DNA from: Babesia bigemina
Lineage: Eukaryota
DNA length: 64,000 nucleotides
Direction: 5' to 3'
NCBI RefSeq assembly: GCF_000981445.1
Contig: NC_027217.1
Coordinates: 868,001 to 932,000, forward strand
The notes under the pieces are model-generated. The model searched no databases and was not told the DNA's origin. It was given only the letters and a program-made list of their open reading frames with translations. The first letter of the stretch is position 1, and each line of letters begins with the position of its first letter. Of this stretch, positions 1-11,337 are shown piece after piece. The position numbers were made by a program, and so were the translations under genes.

Positions 1-2654
1 TGCCAATATGGCATCCCGCCGTTCGACGCAACGGGGAGGCTGGCCCGCCCCAGCAGCAGCTCGTAGCCGTTCTTGTAGACATACGATCCGCAGTAGGTGC
101 CTCCGTTGTCCACATAGCTGTCGATGATGTTGTTCACATCACAGTGCTTTTTCAGGACATCCAGGCAGTCGTAGATGGGGCCGTTGCCGAGGCAAAACGC
201 ATACGGGAATGGGCCAATGTAGCCGAACCCCATTAAGAAGTTTCCGTCTCGTCCAACCAGGTCGACCGGGTCGTGCCATATTTGCAGCAGACCCATGTTT
301 CTCCGTAGGATGCCGGCCTCGGAGGACCCGGGTATGGGAGTGGAGTTTGCGATATCAACGAAGTCGAATGCGTGCGGAACGCTTGGGCAGTAACCGCTCT
401 TACAGATGTTGTAGATCTGCGCCACACGTTCGAGCACCTGTCCCGCGTGGCCGCCGGAGTGCTCCTCCGTGTGGTCGTCCAGCTGCAGGATACGCGCCAG
501 CTTGCCGTACGTTGTCATGAGATTGCGCGCTGCCAACTGCGAACCCATGGCAACTGTGTACGCCGTCCTCCCATCTTTGTGAACGTCGATTGGCGGCTGC
601 AGGGGCTTGATGTCGATCCTGAAATTGAGGTGGTCCATGGAGGTACCCTTGCGCTGCAGTTGGAGGGAGAAGCTCACGTTGATCTGCGGGCACCCCGTGC
701 CGTGCAGAAATGAGCTCACGATGCTGTTGTACTGCTTCATGATGGCGCTCAGATGGTCGTGGTCAACACCCCGTCTCAGGATGTCTTCGAGTTTGCAGTT
801 GGGGTCCAGCTGGTTTTCGACCACAAGCCTGTTTGGCGGCCGCGCATTCCACGAGTTGATGTACCTCCGCACCATCTCGTCGCGCAGCGTGTCCCAGAAT
901 ACCGCCCCGTTGCTACACGTGGTGATCGCATCGTCGTCTTCACCTCGCCGCGCACAGTTGGCGTCGGCACGCAAATCGTCGTCGCCGACCTTGCTGAAGA
1001 TGACCACCCGCCGACGCAGCGACTGAACGAGGAAGTTGTCCGGTAGGAAATTCGCCGAGACGAAGAGCGCCTCCAGGATAGCGGGAAGCAGGTGGCACTT
1101 GAGGACGAAGGCTCGGTCGGCCATCAGGATTGGCACTGAGGCCGAGCTGCCCTTGCGTTGACATAGGGGGTGATAGTCGCCGTAAATTTCGGTTATTGTC
1201 GCGAACAATTCACGCCTGGCCCACATTCGCACCTTGTACTCGTTAAAGCCCATGTTGCGCTTCACGAACTGGTCGACGAGGTACGACTGCAGCATGACGT
1301 CGAGGTGCATGTCCCGCGAGGGGTTCACCCAACGCTTGAGCGTGAACAGCGTCGCCAGGCCGTACGCGATGGCGATCCTGCAGTCGAGGCTCCTGAAGTC
1401 GTGGTCGATGTCGCTGTAGCTGTGGAGCACGTCGATCGAGTAGACGATCATGTTGGCGCCGCTGGGGTAGTACATGCCGTGGTAGTAGTTGGCGAGTGGC
1501 TCGATGAAACTCGTGTAAAGGTGGTTCTCCGAGCCCGTGAACGCCGTGCACCGTTTGATGTCGATGAAATTTTGGGTCCGGATGTTGGCGGAGATATTGC
1601 CGGGCACCGGGAAGGGCTGCCCAGGGAGGAACAGCATGAAGAAGCTGTCCGGCGCTTCGAAGTCGAGCACTCGGCGGTAAGTGTCCACACACTGGGCGGT
1701 CGCGATGTTGCTTGGCTCCAGCAGGAACCCGTAGCCTTTCAAGGTGACGTACGTAATCGGCACCTTGTGGCAGAGCTTGTGCTGCGCTGCCTGCAAGAAA
1801 GCCTCCACGCAATCTTCGTCATCGAGCGACTTGTGAGGCCGTTCTTCCGACACCTCATGGGTTTCCTGCAGCCGGTTGCCATCCCAGAACTCGAACTCTC
1901 CGGCGAACAATCCGAAGCTATTCCGCGGGAACACGCCGAGGCTGCTGCTCGACTCCCACTTAAACTGGAACGTGGTGGTTTTAGCAGCCATTTCAACCCC
2001 GTCGCCGACAGTCGTTTCTTCGCATAGCGGCAAACCGCAGATCACGCTGAAGCCGCTGGGCACCACCACCTCGATGCGATAGACACAGCTGCTCGCCATG
2101 CTTATGGTGTCGCTGAAGGACACTGTCGGGAACCACCTGTCGCTCTTCGGACTCGAGCACAGCACCGCGTACTCGTGGTAGCTCGTGGAGCAGCGCGGCA
2201 GCAGCCAGTAGCTGTGGAAGTAGAGGTCGTCGGTGGCGCTCCGCAGCTGCATGTACTCGAACTGTATGTCCACTTTGAGCTTCGCTGGGACCTCGCTGAG
2301 TTCTACGTATAGCAGGGACGCGCATATCTGCTGCGCAGCCACATGCATCCCGTCGAGGCTCAGCAGGTCCACGTTGCGACATGATTGGTTGACCAGGCTC
2401 GCATTGCTCGTAGGGTCCAGCGTCTTCGCAAGCTGGAAATCCGCACCTATACCGTTTACGACCACTCGCTTGTAGTCCGCGTGCGCAATGGCCGGCACCG
2501 ATATGGGAAGGATGAACGGTCCGCCGGAAACGCTGGCCGGCGGCAGGCCCTCGTCGCGGCGCACGAAGGAGAGCTGCGTCGAGCCGCAAAGCGTGCAGCG
2601 AGCGAAATCCAGCGCCACGGACACATCCTGTGAATGCAGCTCGTATGCCGCCAT
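1..2654 (-). CDS. TAF2: Transcription initiation factor TFIID subunit 2 (M1 aminopeptidase-like fold); 3' end lies beyond the left edge of the window
   Basis: Hand-translated minus frame starting at ATG 2654 and still in the same frame at position 1; absent from the ORF track, consistent with no stop in the window. MAAYELHSQDVSVALDF, RWFPTVSF..CVYRIEVVVP, IVYSIDVLHS..RIAIAYGLA and SYLVDQFVKRNMGFNEYK match the TAF2 blocks YKLTHQ, FWFPCVD..W.LEF.V, IFSTNLLH and MKKTFGVNEYR. Confidence 0.85.
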   Translation of the reverse strand, partial: MAAYELHSQDVSVALDFARCTLCGSTQLSFVRRDEGLPPASVSGGPFILPISVPAIAHADYKRVVVNGIGADFQLAKTLDPTSNASLVNQSCRNVDLLSLDGMHVAAQQICASLLYVELSEVPAKLKVDIQFEYMQLRSATDDLYFHSYWLLPRCSTSYHEYAVLCSSPKSDRWFPTVSFSDTISMASSCVYRIEVVVPSGFSVICGLPLCEETTVGDGVEMAAKTTTFQFKWESSSSLGVFPRNSFGLFAGEFEFWDGNRLQETHEVSEERPHKSLDDEDCVEAFLQAAQHKLCHKVPITYVTLKGYGFLLEPSNIATAQCVDTYRRVLDFEAPDSFFMLFLPGQPFPVPGNISANIRTQNFIDIKRCTAFTGSENHLYTSFIEPLANYYHGMYYPSGANMIVYSIDVLHSYSDIDHDFRSLDCRIAIAYGLATLFTLKRWVNPSRDMHLDVMLQSYLVDQFVKRNMGFNEYKVRMWARRELFATITEIYGDYHPLCQRKGSSASVPILMADRAFVLKCHLLPAILEALFVSANFLPDNFLVQSLRRRVVIFSKVGDDDLRADANCARRGEDDDAITTCSNGAVFWDTLRDEMVRRYINSWNARPPNRLVVENQLDPNCKLEDILRRGVDHDHLSAIMKQYNSIVSSFLHGTGCPQINVSFSLQLQRKGTSMDHLNFRIDIKPLQPPIDVHKDGRTAYTVAMGSQLAARNLMTTYGKLARILQLDDHTEEHSGGHAGQVLERVAQIYNICKSGYCPSVPHAFDFVDIANSTPIPGSSEAGILRRNMGLLQIWHDPVDLVGRDGNFLMGFGYIGPFPYAFCLGNGPIYDCLDVLKKHCDVNNIIDSYVDNGGTYCGSYVYKNGYELLLGRASLPVASNGGMPYW

Positions 2655-2965
2655 CCTGCGTTCCGATCGATGTGCAGATTTTCAGGGGTCTCAACGCTCT
2701 GCCTTCCGCAGGTGCCGCGTAACGGCGCGGAGTGACGCTTCTGCCGCTCGTAAACCGCTACGATAGCCGTGCTACGCTGCTAAAGCATAGTGAAAATATC
2801 TACGCTCGTAATATTGTGGTCTCCGCTGCGCCGCCGCTTGCGGAGCGGGGAACATCACAGCAGTATAGACAGTCACTATGTGTAGCATAAGACCGCGCAC
2901 AGTTGACCAACATATCGCACTGAGGCCACCTACTCTCCAGATCGCAATGGTTTGAGGCCAGAATC

Positions 2966-5506
2966 ATGAAGAAAAAGAAGGAGCGCGACTTCTCGACGAA
3001 GAAGGTGCGCGTCGGCCGCGAGCAGTTCCGCAAGCACGCCAGCAGCGATGCGCGGCTCCTCGCCAACATCGGCCAGCTGAAGAAGACCGTGAAACTCTCG
3101 ACCCAATCCATCGTCGTGAACAAGGATCGCCTCAATGTGACTTCGAGGCGACTCACGTTGGCAGAGTTGATCGGCAAGTCTCGGCACTCATCTGAGTCCG
3201 TGCAACTCCATGCGCTGTCCGGGATACTCGAGTTTTCCAGACGATTCAGGGACGACACGCGGCTGAACCTGTTCTCCATCGTCCAGGTATCGGGCGCTTG
3301 TCTGCTATCCGGCCATCATGGAGTTCGCAAGCAGGCCCGCTCGCTGCTTTTGGCGGTGTTGGAGCAATTTAACATAAAGAGTGCACGCAATGCCGCCAAT
3401 CTGGCCATCACCGCTGGAGCAGTGGCGGAAGGTAGCGGGCATGGCGTGACGAATGACGCCAGCGGATCCTCGACCGCTCATGGGGCTGGCGGCACGGGTG
3501 ACAAGTGCGAGGAGTGCTTGGCGCTGTACCTCTTTCAGGGCGTGGTATCGTCGAACGACGTGATACGATCGGATGTTTATCGCACAGTTATATCGATTTT
3601 GGACAGGTTTCCCTTCATGATTGCGAATCATGTTGACTACCTCATCGCCAAGCTGGTCAAAAATCACCCCGACCCGCCGACGTCCGCCCACATTGACTGC
3701 TTGTACGCTCTCGTCAAATTCAGGCAGGGTTGCGAAGACAGCGTGAGGCCAGCGCTGGTGGATTACCTCTGCAAGGTGCTTGAATATACCCTTGTCGAGG
3801 GGCCGTCTGCCACGTCGGAGTTAGCGTGCCTGAGCGTAGCGTCAATGACCGTGAAAAGCCTCAAAGCGATCACGCTGAACACCGCGGGCATTAGGTACGA
3901 CGACGCCAGGCTGCTTAAGGCGCTGTTATGTTGCAATCTGTATGAGTACGAGGGTCTGACTGAAAGGGGGCAGCAGACGCTGGACGCATTGTTCACCGAG
4001 TTTGTTCTGTCACGCAGCGAGCTCGGGCTCATGTGTGCCGACATATTTCGATCGCACCACCTGATACTCATGGTGCCCCTAATCCATCTCTACACCCTGC
4101 GCAACACAATCTGCCAGGACCACGCTCCGAGAATCGCGGGCATCATTATGCGGGCGATGGCGGCGAGCACGGAGCATTTCGAGCTGCAAAACATCGGGGC
4201 GCTCAAGCCTGAGTGGCGCGAGCAGCTGCTCAGACTGATGCCCACCGACTCAGCTGTCCTCCACACGCTTCGCGCTGCGCTGCAGGAGAGCATGCCGTAC
4301 GGTTCCCAGCATCTCAGGCAATTCGATGTTAGCACTATCGAAAATGCAAACTTGACCGTGTACAGTGGCGATGTAAGTTGTGGAAACGCCTTCGAAGAGC
4401 TCTGTAAAGGCCTAATTGAGTCCATATCGCAGCGGATCGAAATGTTACCCGTGATCGCGGCGGCCCGGATGGTGCCTCTCGCCCTTTGCACGGAGGTATT
4501 TTGCCATGCGAGATCCTTCTCAAAGAATTTCGGCTATTTGAAACACCTCCCGGCCGATTACGAGGTCCGAAGGGAAATTCCGTGTGACCTAGATGGATAT
4601 TTGGTCCGCCTCATTGACACGGCTGACAAGAACGCTGTGGCGCTGCTGCTAACGACGCTGCTGCACATGTCGAGACTGCCTGACAAAATACCGGAACGCG
4701 AATTCGCGGCTAAGTTTCTTAACCCGGATTCGATCCGACAGATGCGCGAACACGAATTATCTCTGGTGGCCCGTGTCGTTCTCAATTGCTCGCACAGTGC
4801 AGAGATTGTGCCGCAGCTGATGGATTTACTCAGGTTAAGGCTGCGTGACCCTACTTTGTGCCCGCACGATGCCGCTAAACGGTTAATCGACGGTCTGTTG
4901 TACCACCTGTTCGGCGGTGAGGCGCTTACGACGCAGGGACCGGCAGCCGGCATAGACGAGCACCTGGTGCAGGTAAACCGCGTTATGGGAGCCATTTGCG
5001 GCGAATCCAGCGTGCTGGAGTCGCAGATGACCACTGACAGCCTCGATTTGATCGAGCATGCCATGTGCAGCTGCATCGTCGGATCACTGGAGCGGCTGCT
5101 CAAGAGCCCGAGCAACAACGTGTGGACCGTTGCGGAGGGTCACGCGATAATATTCCGCCGGTGTCTGATCCCAGAGTGTGAGAAGCTGCTCGAAAAGGGG
5201 CTGTGCAATGTAGCGCTCTGCATTCTCAACACGGGTCTGCTGCCGCATTTGCGGTCATGCGCAACAGCCGTGCAACCGTCGGCGCATACCACCGGTGCTG
5301 CCGCCACCGTCGGTGCGTCAGGCACTCAAATGCTAGTCGAACACGCCCTGCCGCAGTCAGACAGGCCTGAATGGATGCAGAAGATCCTGGAATCAAACGC
5401 CGTTCAGCGGTGCTCCGAGGCGCTGCTCAACAGGCTGCCCGCAGGCGACAATGCGGAGGCCACCGTCGCCAGATTATGCAGCACGGTCGCACATATTTTA
5501 ATTTAG
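2966..5506 (+). CDS. IPI1: Pre-rRNA processing protein IPI1/TEX10 (Rix1 complex), ARM/HEAT-like
   Basis: 846-aa ORF. The N-terminus KKKKERDFSTKKVRVG..TSRRLTLAELIGKSRH..VQLHALSGILE matches the TEX10/Ipi1 N-terminal signature. Confidence 0.8.
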   Translation: MKKKKERDFSTKKVRVGREQFRKHASSDARLLANIGQLKKTVKLSTQSIVVNKDRLNVTSRRLTLAELIGKSRHSSESVQLHALSGILEFSRRFRDDTRLNLFSIVQVSGACLLSGHHGVRKQARSLLLAVLEQFNIKSARNAANLAITAGAVAEGSGHGVTNDASGSSTAHGAGGTGDKCEECLALYLFQGVVSSNDVIRSDVYRTVISILDRFPFMIANHVDYLIAKLVKNHPDPPTSAHIDCLYALVKFRQGCEDSVRPALVDYLCKVLEYTLVEGPSATSELACLSVASMTVKSLKAITLNTAGIRYDDARLLKALLCCNLYEYEGLTERGQQTLDALFTEFVLSRSELGLMCADIFRSHHLILMVPLIHLYTLRNTICQDHAPRIAGIIMRAMAASTEHFELQNIGALKPEWREQLLRLMPTDSAVLHTLRAALQESMPYGSQHLRQFDVSTIENANLTVYSGDVSCGNAFEELCKGLIESISQRIEMLPVIAAARMVPLALCTEVFCHARSFSKNFGYLKHLPADYEVRREIPCDLDGYLVRLIDTADKNAVALLLTTLLHMSRLPDKIPEREFAAKFLNPDSIRQMREHELSLVARVVLNCSHSAEIVPQLMDLLRLRLRDPTLCPHDAAKRLIDGLLYHLFGGEALTTQGPAAGIDEHLVQVNRVMGAICGESSVLESQMTTDSLDLIEHAMCSCIVGSLERLLKSPSNNVWTVAEGHAIIFRRCLIPECEKLLEKGLCNVALCILNTGLLPHLRSCATAVQPSAHTTGAAATVGASGTQMLVEHALPQSDRPEWMQKILESNAVQRCSEALLNRLPAGDNAEATVARLCSTVAHILI

Positions 5507-5680
5507 CTGGAACTGGCTACACGTACACGCTACATTAGCACTGTGTATTTTCGTCGGTGCGCGGCTCCGGCCTGGTAGTGTGTCCGTCCCAACCCGAACA
5601 GCGGCAACGTCGCCACAAAGCGTTAGACAAGATCCGCCGCGCAAAATCACACTGCACTGCCATACACAGGCTGCTTCATA

Positions 5681-6230
5681 ATGGCGGAGGATGGATTCTA
5701 TCTCCGCTACTAGTAAGTTGCCGCGGCTGCGAGATATCCCGCGCAGTGTCGGCCACGAGGGCAAATTCGGCCACGAATTCCTCGAATTCGAGCTCACTAG
5801 CGACGGGAAACTGCGCTACACAAACAACTCCAACTACCGGAAGGATAGCATGATCAAGAAGGAAGGTAAGTGGCCAGGGAGGCGTTCACATTGGCGCAGC
5901 CTTCCTGACCCGCGCGGTGATTGCGGAGATGAAGCGCATCGTGCTGGAATCCGAAATCACCAGCGAGGACCACACCGATTGGCCCATTCCCGACCGCGTC
6001 GGTCGTCAGGAGCTGGAGCTGAAGATCGAAGGGAAGCGCTACACCTACTCGACGTCCAAGATCGGATCACTATCGGACGTGCAGAACAGCAAGGACCCGA
6101 ACGGAATGCGCGTCTTCTACTACCTGGTGCAAGACCTGAAGTGTTTCGTTTTTTCGCTCATCAGTCTTTGCTTCAGGGTAGGTCCGCAGTGCGCCCGCGG
6201 CTCACATCCGTGCAGATCAGGCCCATCTGA
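5681..6230 (+). CDS. MAGO: Mago nashi, exon junction complex core; 4 exons (introns 5713-5746, 5866-5899, 6178-6215)
   Basis: Spliced product [71 protein letters not shown] is near-canonical Mago; introns are GT-AG. Confidence 0.98.
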
Positions 6231-6363
6231 GCCCGCATCCGGTGCAACATCGCCGTCACGCCAAGTAGCGACTGCATATCGTAATTATGGTATTAATGAA
6301 GCCGTTGAGTTAAAATTGCTTTATGCGTAATACGACTGATACGTTACGATACGCGGGTTCCTG

Positions 6364-8324
6364 TTACGAGTCGGTAGCGTCGCTGTCGGATTCTGCTCCG
6401 GAATCCGACATGTCATAATCGTCTCCTGAATAGTCCGATGGATCGCCTTCCGAGCCGTCCGGGGAATCCGCTTCACCGTCATCAGAGCCACTGAACTCAC
6501 CCTCGTTGCTCGAGGAGTCGTGGAACTCGTCCTCCATGTCGTCGCTTCCAGAACCCGGCCCATCAACGTCCATGGAGCCGTCGTCATCGTGTCCGTCGCC
6601 GCGGTCGGCAACAGCGCCCGATGCCGCCGGCCTTTTGCCGCGCTTCACAACGGGTACATCGAGTTGCTTGAATTCCGTGGATTCATATTCTTGGTACAGC
6701 TCGCTGAGGAACGGCAGCAGGGCAGTCTGCTTCTGGTTGCAGTACATGCGGAATACCCGCTTGCGCGTTCTGACGTTGTACACGTTGGTGAATCGGTCAA
6801 GGCCGACCGATATGAGGTAGTGTCCCACGCAAAAGATGTCCGGCACCGCACCGTTGTGTATTGCGTAGCACCCCTTCAGTTGGCAGATGTACTGGTTGGC
6901 ACCGGGGGGCGCGCAGTGCAACGGCGTGTCGTTCGCACTAGCCGAGCCGAACCGCTTGCGCGCCTCGATGAGGTGCTTGATGACGTCGTCGCGGCTCATC
7001 GCTTGGTCGGGGTTGGGTTGGTACTTGCGCATCTTCTCTTCTAGCAAGCTGACGAGCGTGTCCCCCGTGACGACCTTGAAGTGATAAATCGAGCCAACAT
7101 TGTCACTGGCGAAAAGGTCACAGGTGTCCTTGGTCTCGTAGTGGTCCTGCTCCTCCGACGGTCGGCGCGGGCGGGTGACCAGTTTGACGATATTACGCGT
7201 GTCTGAGGTATAAAACTCATTCACCGACTGCTTCACCTCCTTGCGACGTTCCGTGTTGTACTCCTTGATGTGGTGAAGCGCAAGCCGGCGCCCGGATATG
7301 CACCTGCTGCGTCGATCGCAGACATTGAGGTCATACACCGGCTTCTTTTGGCACGTCATATCGTAGAAGTAGATGGACGAGTTTGACGTGGAAACTGCGA
7401 TGATGTCTGGCCCCAGGTCCTCCATGAAGCATATGCTGCGAACGTCGAGTTGCGATTGTAGCCCCAACAGCGACTGGTGCGGCATTTTGCCCGTCCATAG
7501 CACCTTGCCGGCGTATATGTCAAACAGGAACGGCGGTACGTTGGGCCCACCGAGCGCCAGGCGATTCGGCAGCAGCGAGCTATGCGTCGCTGCGGTTATC
7601 GGCCCCTTGAATTTATAGGCCGCTACGCCTCCAGAAATCGACAGGTGCTGCACCTTGTCATCCTTGTCAGACGAATACATCATCTCGACTTTTAGGCGTT
7701 TCCCGCCACCGTTTCCGCCGGCGGAATCTGAGCTGTCTTTACCTTTGCATTTGCGTCCGGCAGTGTCAGCGCTCTTGACATCCCTAGCAACTTCCGAATC
7801 GTTCGCGTCATCGCTGACGTGGTCAAATGAGGTTTGAACCTCCTGCTTAATCTCATCCACGTCCACAACTATACAGTGGCCTGATTCCGAGACGCAGCAC
7901 ATATAATTTCCCTGCTTCTTCCGCAGCTCTGACCCCGTTGTGTCAACGTAGAGCGCCGGGTACTCGGCGCTCCGTGCCTCGTATATCTGCCTCCCAGCGT
8001 TGCCGATAGCATTGCCCAGCATGTGGATGTAGACGCATCGCGAAGGCAGCGTGAACTCCACCAGCCGCTCCATGGAAGGGTAGGCGTAGGTGACAACGAG
8101 CCCGTTGGACATTCCCACCGTGACTTCAGAGGCAGCCTCATTGCTGCACGATGTGTAATAACGACAACAGAATCTTTTTCTTACCTGCTTCCACCTGACC
8201 AACACATACAAGTCACCCTGCGACCAAGCTCCTGCTCCGTCGGCGGCGAAAAGCTCTGGAGAGAGCGATCCGCTGTCTCCACGAGCTTTACCAATCCGGT
8301 AGACCCGCCCACGAGGTACTTCAT
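6364..8324 (-). CDS. NSA1: NSA1/WDR74-like WD40 ribosome biogenesis factor with acidic C-terminal tail; one intron near 8144-8184
   Basis: First exon MKYLVGGSTGLVKLV; LALGG..LFDIYAGKVLWTGKMPHQSLLGLQSQLDV resembles the NSA1 block ATGGKEN..IWD..W.AKN..ND.L.L; YLISVGLDRF is a WD-type motif. Confidence 0.8.
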
Positions 8325-9168
8325 TTTATGCGATAAGTTTGATCTGAGTCAGGTCCCGCCGGACGTCACGGCGCGACGAAGAAGTGGTGTATCAGAACAT
8401 ATCGCTTGGTAGACAGCCAATGCCAGGCATAAACGATACTATAATATGTGCGCTGAGAAAATACGTCGACGAGCGATCAGTGTGTATAGAGTAGACAGTC
8501 TGCTACCGGGGCGCCGGAGCAATGGATGAAGTGTCGTCGACTATGACAACAAATCAGCTGTACACACGATTTGCGTTCAATTACTATTGTAGCGGTCTAT
8601 TAAACAGGTGGTCGGAAAATTCAGCAATAAGGAGGCATTCTGGCATTGCTTCATCCAAGCACAGCACCCAGCGATTGGTACGGCAGCAATGCAGCGCGTG
8701 ATGGGAAACAGCATGGCAGCATAGTTGTGTCACAGCTAATCACTTGTCTATACGTATTTGCGTCACCTCTTCTATACGTTCCATCAATGGACAACCTCGC
8801 GACGAAATGTGACCGCTATGAATTTAAATTTTGACTGCAATTGCGGTTATGTTTCATATTTGTGCTACTGAAGTCATGCGCAAAACTTGTTAGGTATCGT
8901 ATTTTCATGCGATCGCTTGTGATGCAGTGCGCCTCATGCGAATGTGTACCTAGCCGAGGTGCTAGCGAAGGGACAACTTGATAAATACGCGAGCACAAAA
9001 CACCACACGTCACGATTTTCCGATTCGCCATATTTCACCACCTATTTTCCGTCATTAGGCGCTTTTCGAGATACACATTTTGTGTTAGCTGTGCCCGGCA
9101 TTGTGCTTGTCTAGCGTTTGTTCCAACACAGTTGTTTTTGGCATTATGCTACTCATCTAGTTGGAATA

Positions 9169-9933
9169 ATGGTAGAGAATATGAGCAACAGCACACCTAA
9201 TGACCTGACCGCCACGGAGCCGCTATCCCCCGAGCTCAGTTCTATAGTCCGATGCTACAAAAATGGCATTCCTTTTGAGGGTTGGAACTACGTACGCGAT
9301 TACCACTTCGACAACATGACCATGCACCTGTACAGCAGGTGCCGCGGCAGCAGCACTTTGAAGGAGTTTTTGGTGCATGGCGACATCGACGTATGCAAGG
9401 AGAAGCTCATCGAGTTGATCCTTATGATGAAGCAGCGTTCCGAATGGGACGAGACCTACGTCGAGCACAAAGTCCTCCGACCACTTGAGAACGGCACGGA
9501 CGTCGTTTTCACAGTATCGAAGTACCCGTTCCCGCTCGCGAAGCGCCTGTACACCATCAAGCGCTCCCTCTACGGCTCGATGGACGACGTGGTTGTTTTG
9601 GCGACAAAGGTTATACCGTACGACTGCCCCAACACGATTAGGTGGAGCACCCGGGTTGATGACTTCGACTCCAATTTGATCGTGGGCGACATCAAGGGCA
9701 AGCCCGACCACTGCCACATGATTGCGACGCTGTACGAGGACCCCAAGGTAATCCTGCCGAACATGTACCTCAACATCATCATTGAGACCCTGGTTCCGCG
9801 TATTCTGCGGAAGATGATCGCCGCATGCAAGCAGTACTGCAACGATGACTCCAAGGAGTTGTGCCGCCAATTGGTTTGCATCCCGCTGGACTACAAAGGA
9901 GAGTCGCCATCTGCGACCGAAAACAGCGCATAA
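9169..9933 (+). CDS. START (StAR-related lipid transfer) domain protein
   Basis: QRSEWDETY, VSKYPFPLAKRLY and YEDPKVILPNMYLN motifs are typical of the PCTP/STARD7-like START fold. First plausible ATG is 9169. Confidence 0.85.
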   Translation: MVENMSNSTPNDLTATEPLSPELSSIVRCYKNGIPFEGWNYVRDYHFDNMTMHLYSRCRGSSTLKEFLVHGDIDVCKEKLIELILMMKQRSEWDETYVEHKVLRPLENGTDVVFTVSKYPFPLAKRLYTIKRSLYGSMDDVVVLATKVIPYDCPNTIRWSTRVDDFDSNLIVGDIKGKPDHCHMIATLYEDPKVILPNMYLNIIIETLVPRILRKMIAACKQYCNDDSKELCRQLVCIPLDYKGESPSATENSA

Positions 9934-10564
9934 CGCCGGCGTTGGATGTGAAATCACGCAATGCTGTTCGGTGATTCATGCGTAGGTAGAAATTATCATC
10001 GCCACAGATACCTCACACGTGCTCCGCCAGTCACACTACCCCATTAGGGAGTAATGGTGTTAAATTTATTAATGTTTCTTGCAACCGCAGTGGTCGTTCG
10101 TACCGGTGCCAAGGTGCTGTGGTTTAAAATATTGTTGCTGTTTTGAGAAGGTCGTGGTACTGGCTAGAGCTGCCCCTCACCCTGCGTCACTTGAATGTGC
10201 TTCAAGCGAACACCATAGTGTTGTATACATGGACGCATCTATTATTTTGCAGACAAATACTTTAGCGGCGGCGCGACCAGGGATGCGTCAGGCGCCTTGA
10301 CACAACGTTGTCCACGTGCCACATATACACCGGAGGGACCACTGTGATCCTGCTGACTCGCAGTGCCGTTTGTGTTCTGCGCACCTGTCGATACAATATA
10401 GACACTACAGTTCGCAGAAATGATGTCGGAGCTCTTCGGTTGATACTGTCCTCCACATAGCCAGCACATCGGTCTGCCGAAAAATTGGCAGCACTGCCCA
10501 TTGAGCGAGAATACAAAAAAATGCTTCGTTCCGCAGGCAGTCGAAGTGCACAATAGAAAGCATA

Positions 10565-11332
10565 ATGTATCCCCCGAAAAATAGGGTGTCAACCACTGGA
10601 TCTGCCACGCGGGCGTCGAAAACGTTCGCGGGTTCGGCGGCGCCCTCCCCTTCTTCGTCGTCCGCATCGATTATGTCATCTCTGAAAAAGGCGACTGCTT
10701 CCAAGGCCACTCCATCCAAGTCATCAGTTCCGGCCAAAACTGCTGGCAACAGTGCGGCGAAGAAGTCGAAGGTGGCGCTAACGGTGCTGCCTGCGGAGTC
10801 GGAGGCTGCGTGCTCCGCGGTGGAGCCCATAGTGGAATTGGACCCAGGTAACCTTGATGAACATTCCGTGAAACAGGACCAAGACACGGCTGCCAACATG
10901 GAGCTGCTGAACTGCCAGAGCTTTGCGATACAGGAGTGCGGGCGCAACAGCGCCGCCTCAAGCGACGACTACCCCGACTTCACGGTCCAGGACCCGGAGC
11001 CAGGCTCGAAAACCTTTTTGAACACGCTCAAGACGCTGGTCGACATAACGGGCTTCAGGAACGGCGACGTTGAGCCCCTATCGAGAGCGACGTCGGGCAG
11101 CGTTGAGGGCGAGGGCTTTTCCATCGTGACCCCGATCTGCGACGCCACCTACGACCTGATCAGCTCCTCGTCGCGCTTCATCAGGGGCACCGCGGACGAC
11201 GAAGATGACGAGGAGCCTAGCGGTACGGCTGCAAATGACGCCGATAAGGGCACCGACGCGAGCACGGCCGCGCCTGGGAAGGCCACCTCCAACAGCACCT
11301 GGAACCTCCAGGGTCTGAGCAACTGGCTGTGA
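10565..11332 (+). CDS. Hypothetical Ser/Ala-rich low-complexity protein (255 aa)
   Basis: Single ORF with ATG and GC3-biased codons in its 3' half; its stop abuts the next gene's stop. No recognisable domain. Confidence 0.65.
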   Translation: MYPPKNRVSTTGSATRASKTFAGSAAPSPSSSSASIMSSLKKATASKATPSKSSVPAKTAGNSAAKKSKVALTVLPAESEAACSAVEPIVELDPGNLDEHSVKQDQDTAANMELLNCQSFAIQECGRNSAASSDDYPDFTVQDPEPGSKTFLNTLKTLVDITGFRNGDVEPLSRATSGSVEGEGFSIVTPICDATYDLISSSSRFIRGTADDEDDEEPSGTAANDADKGTDASTAAPGKATSNSTWNLQGLSNWL

Positions 11333-11337
11333 CAACA

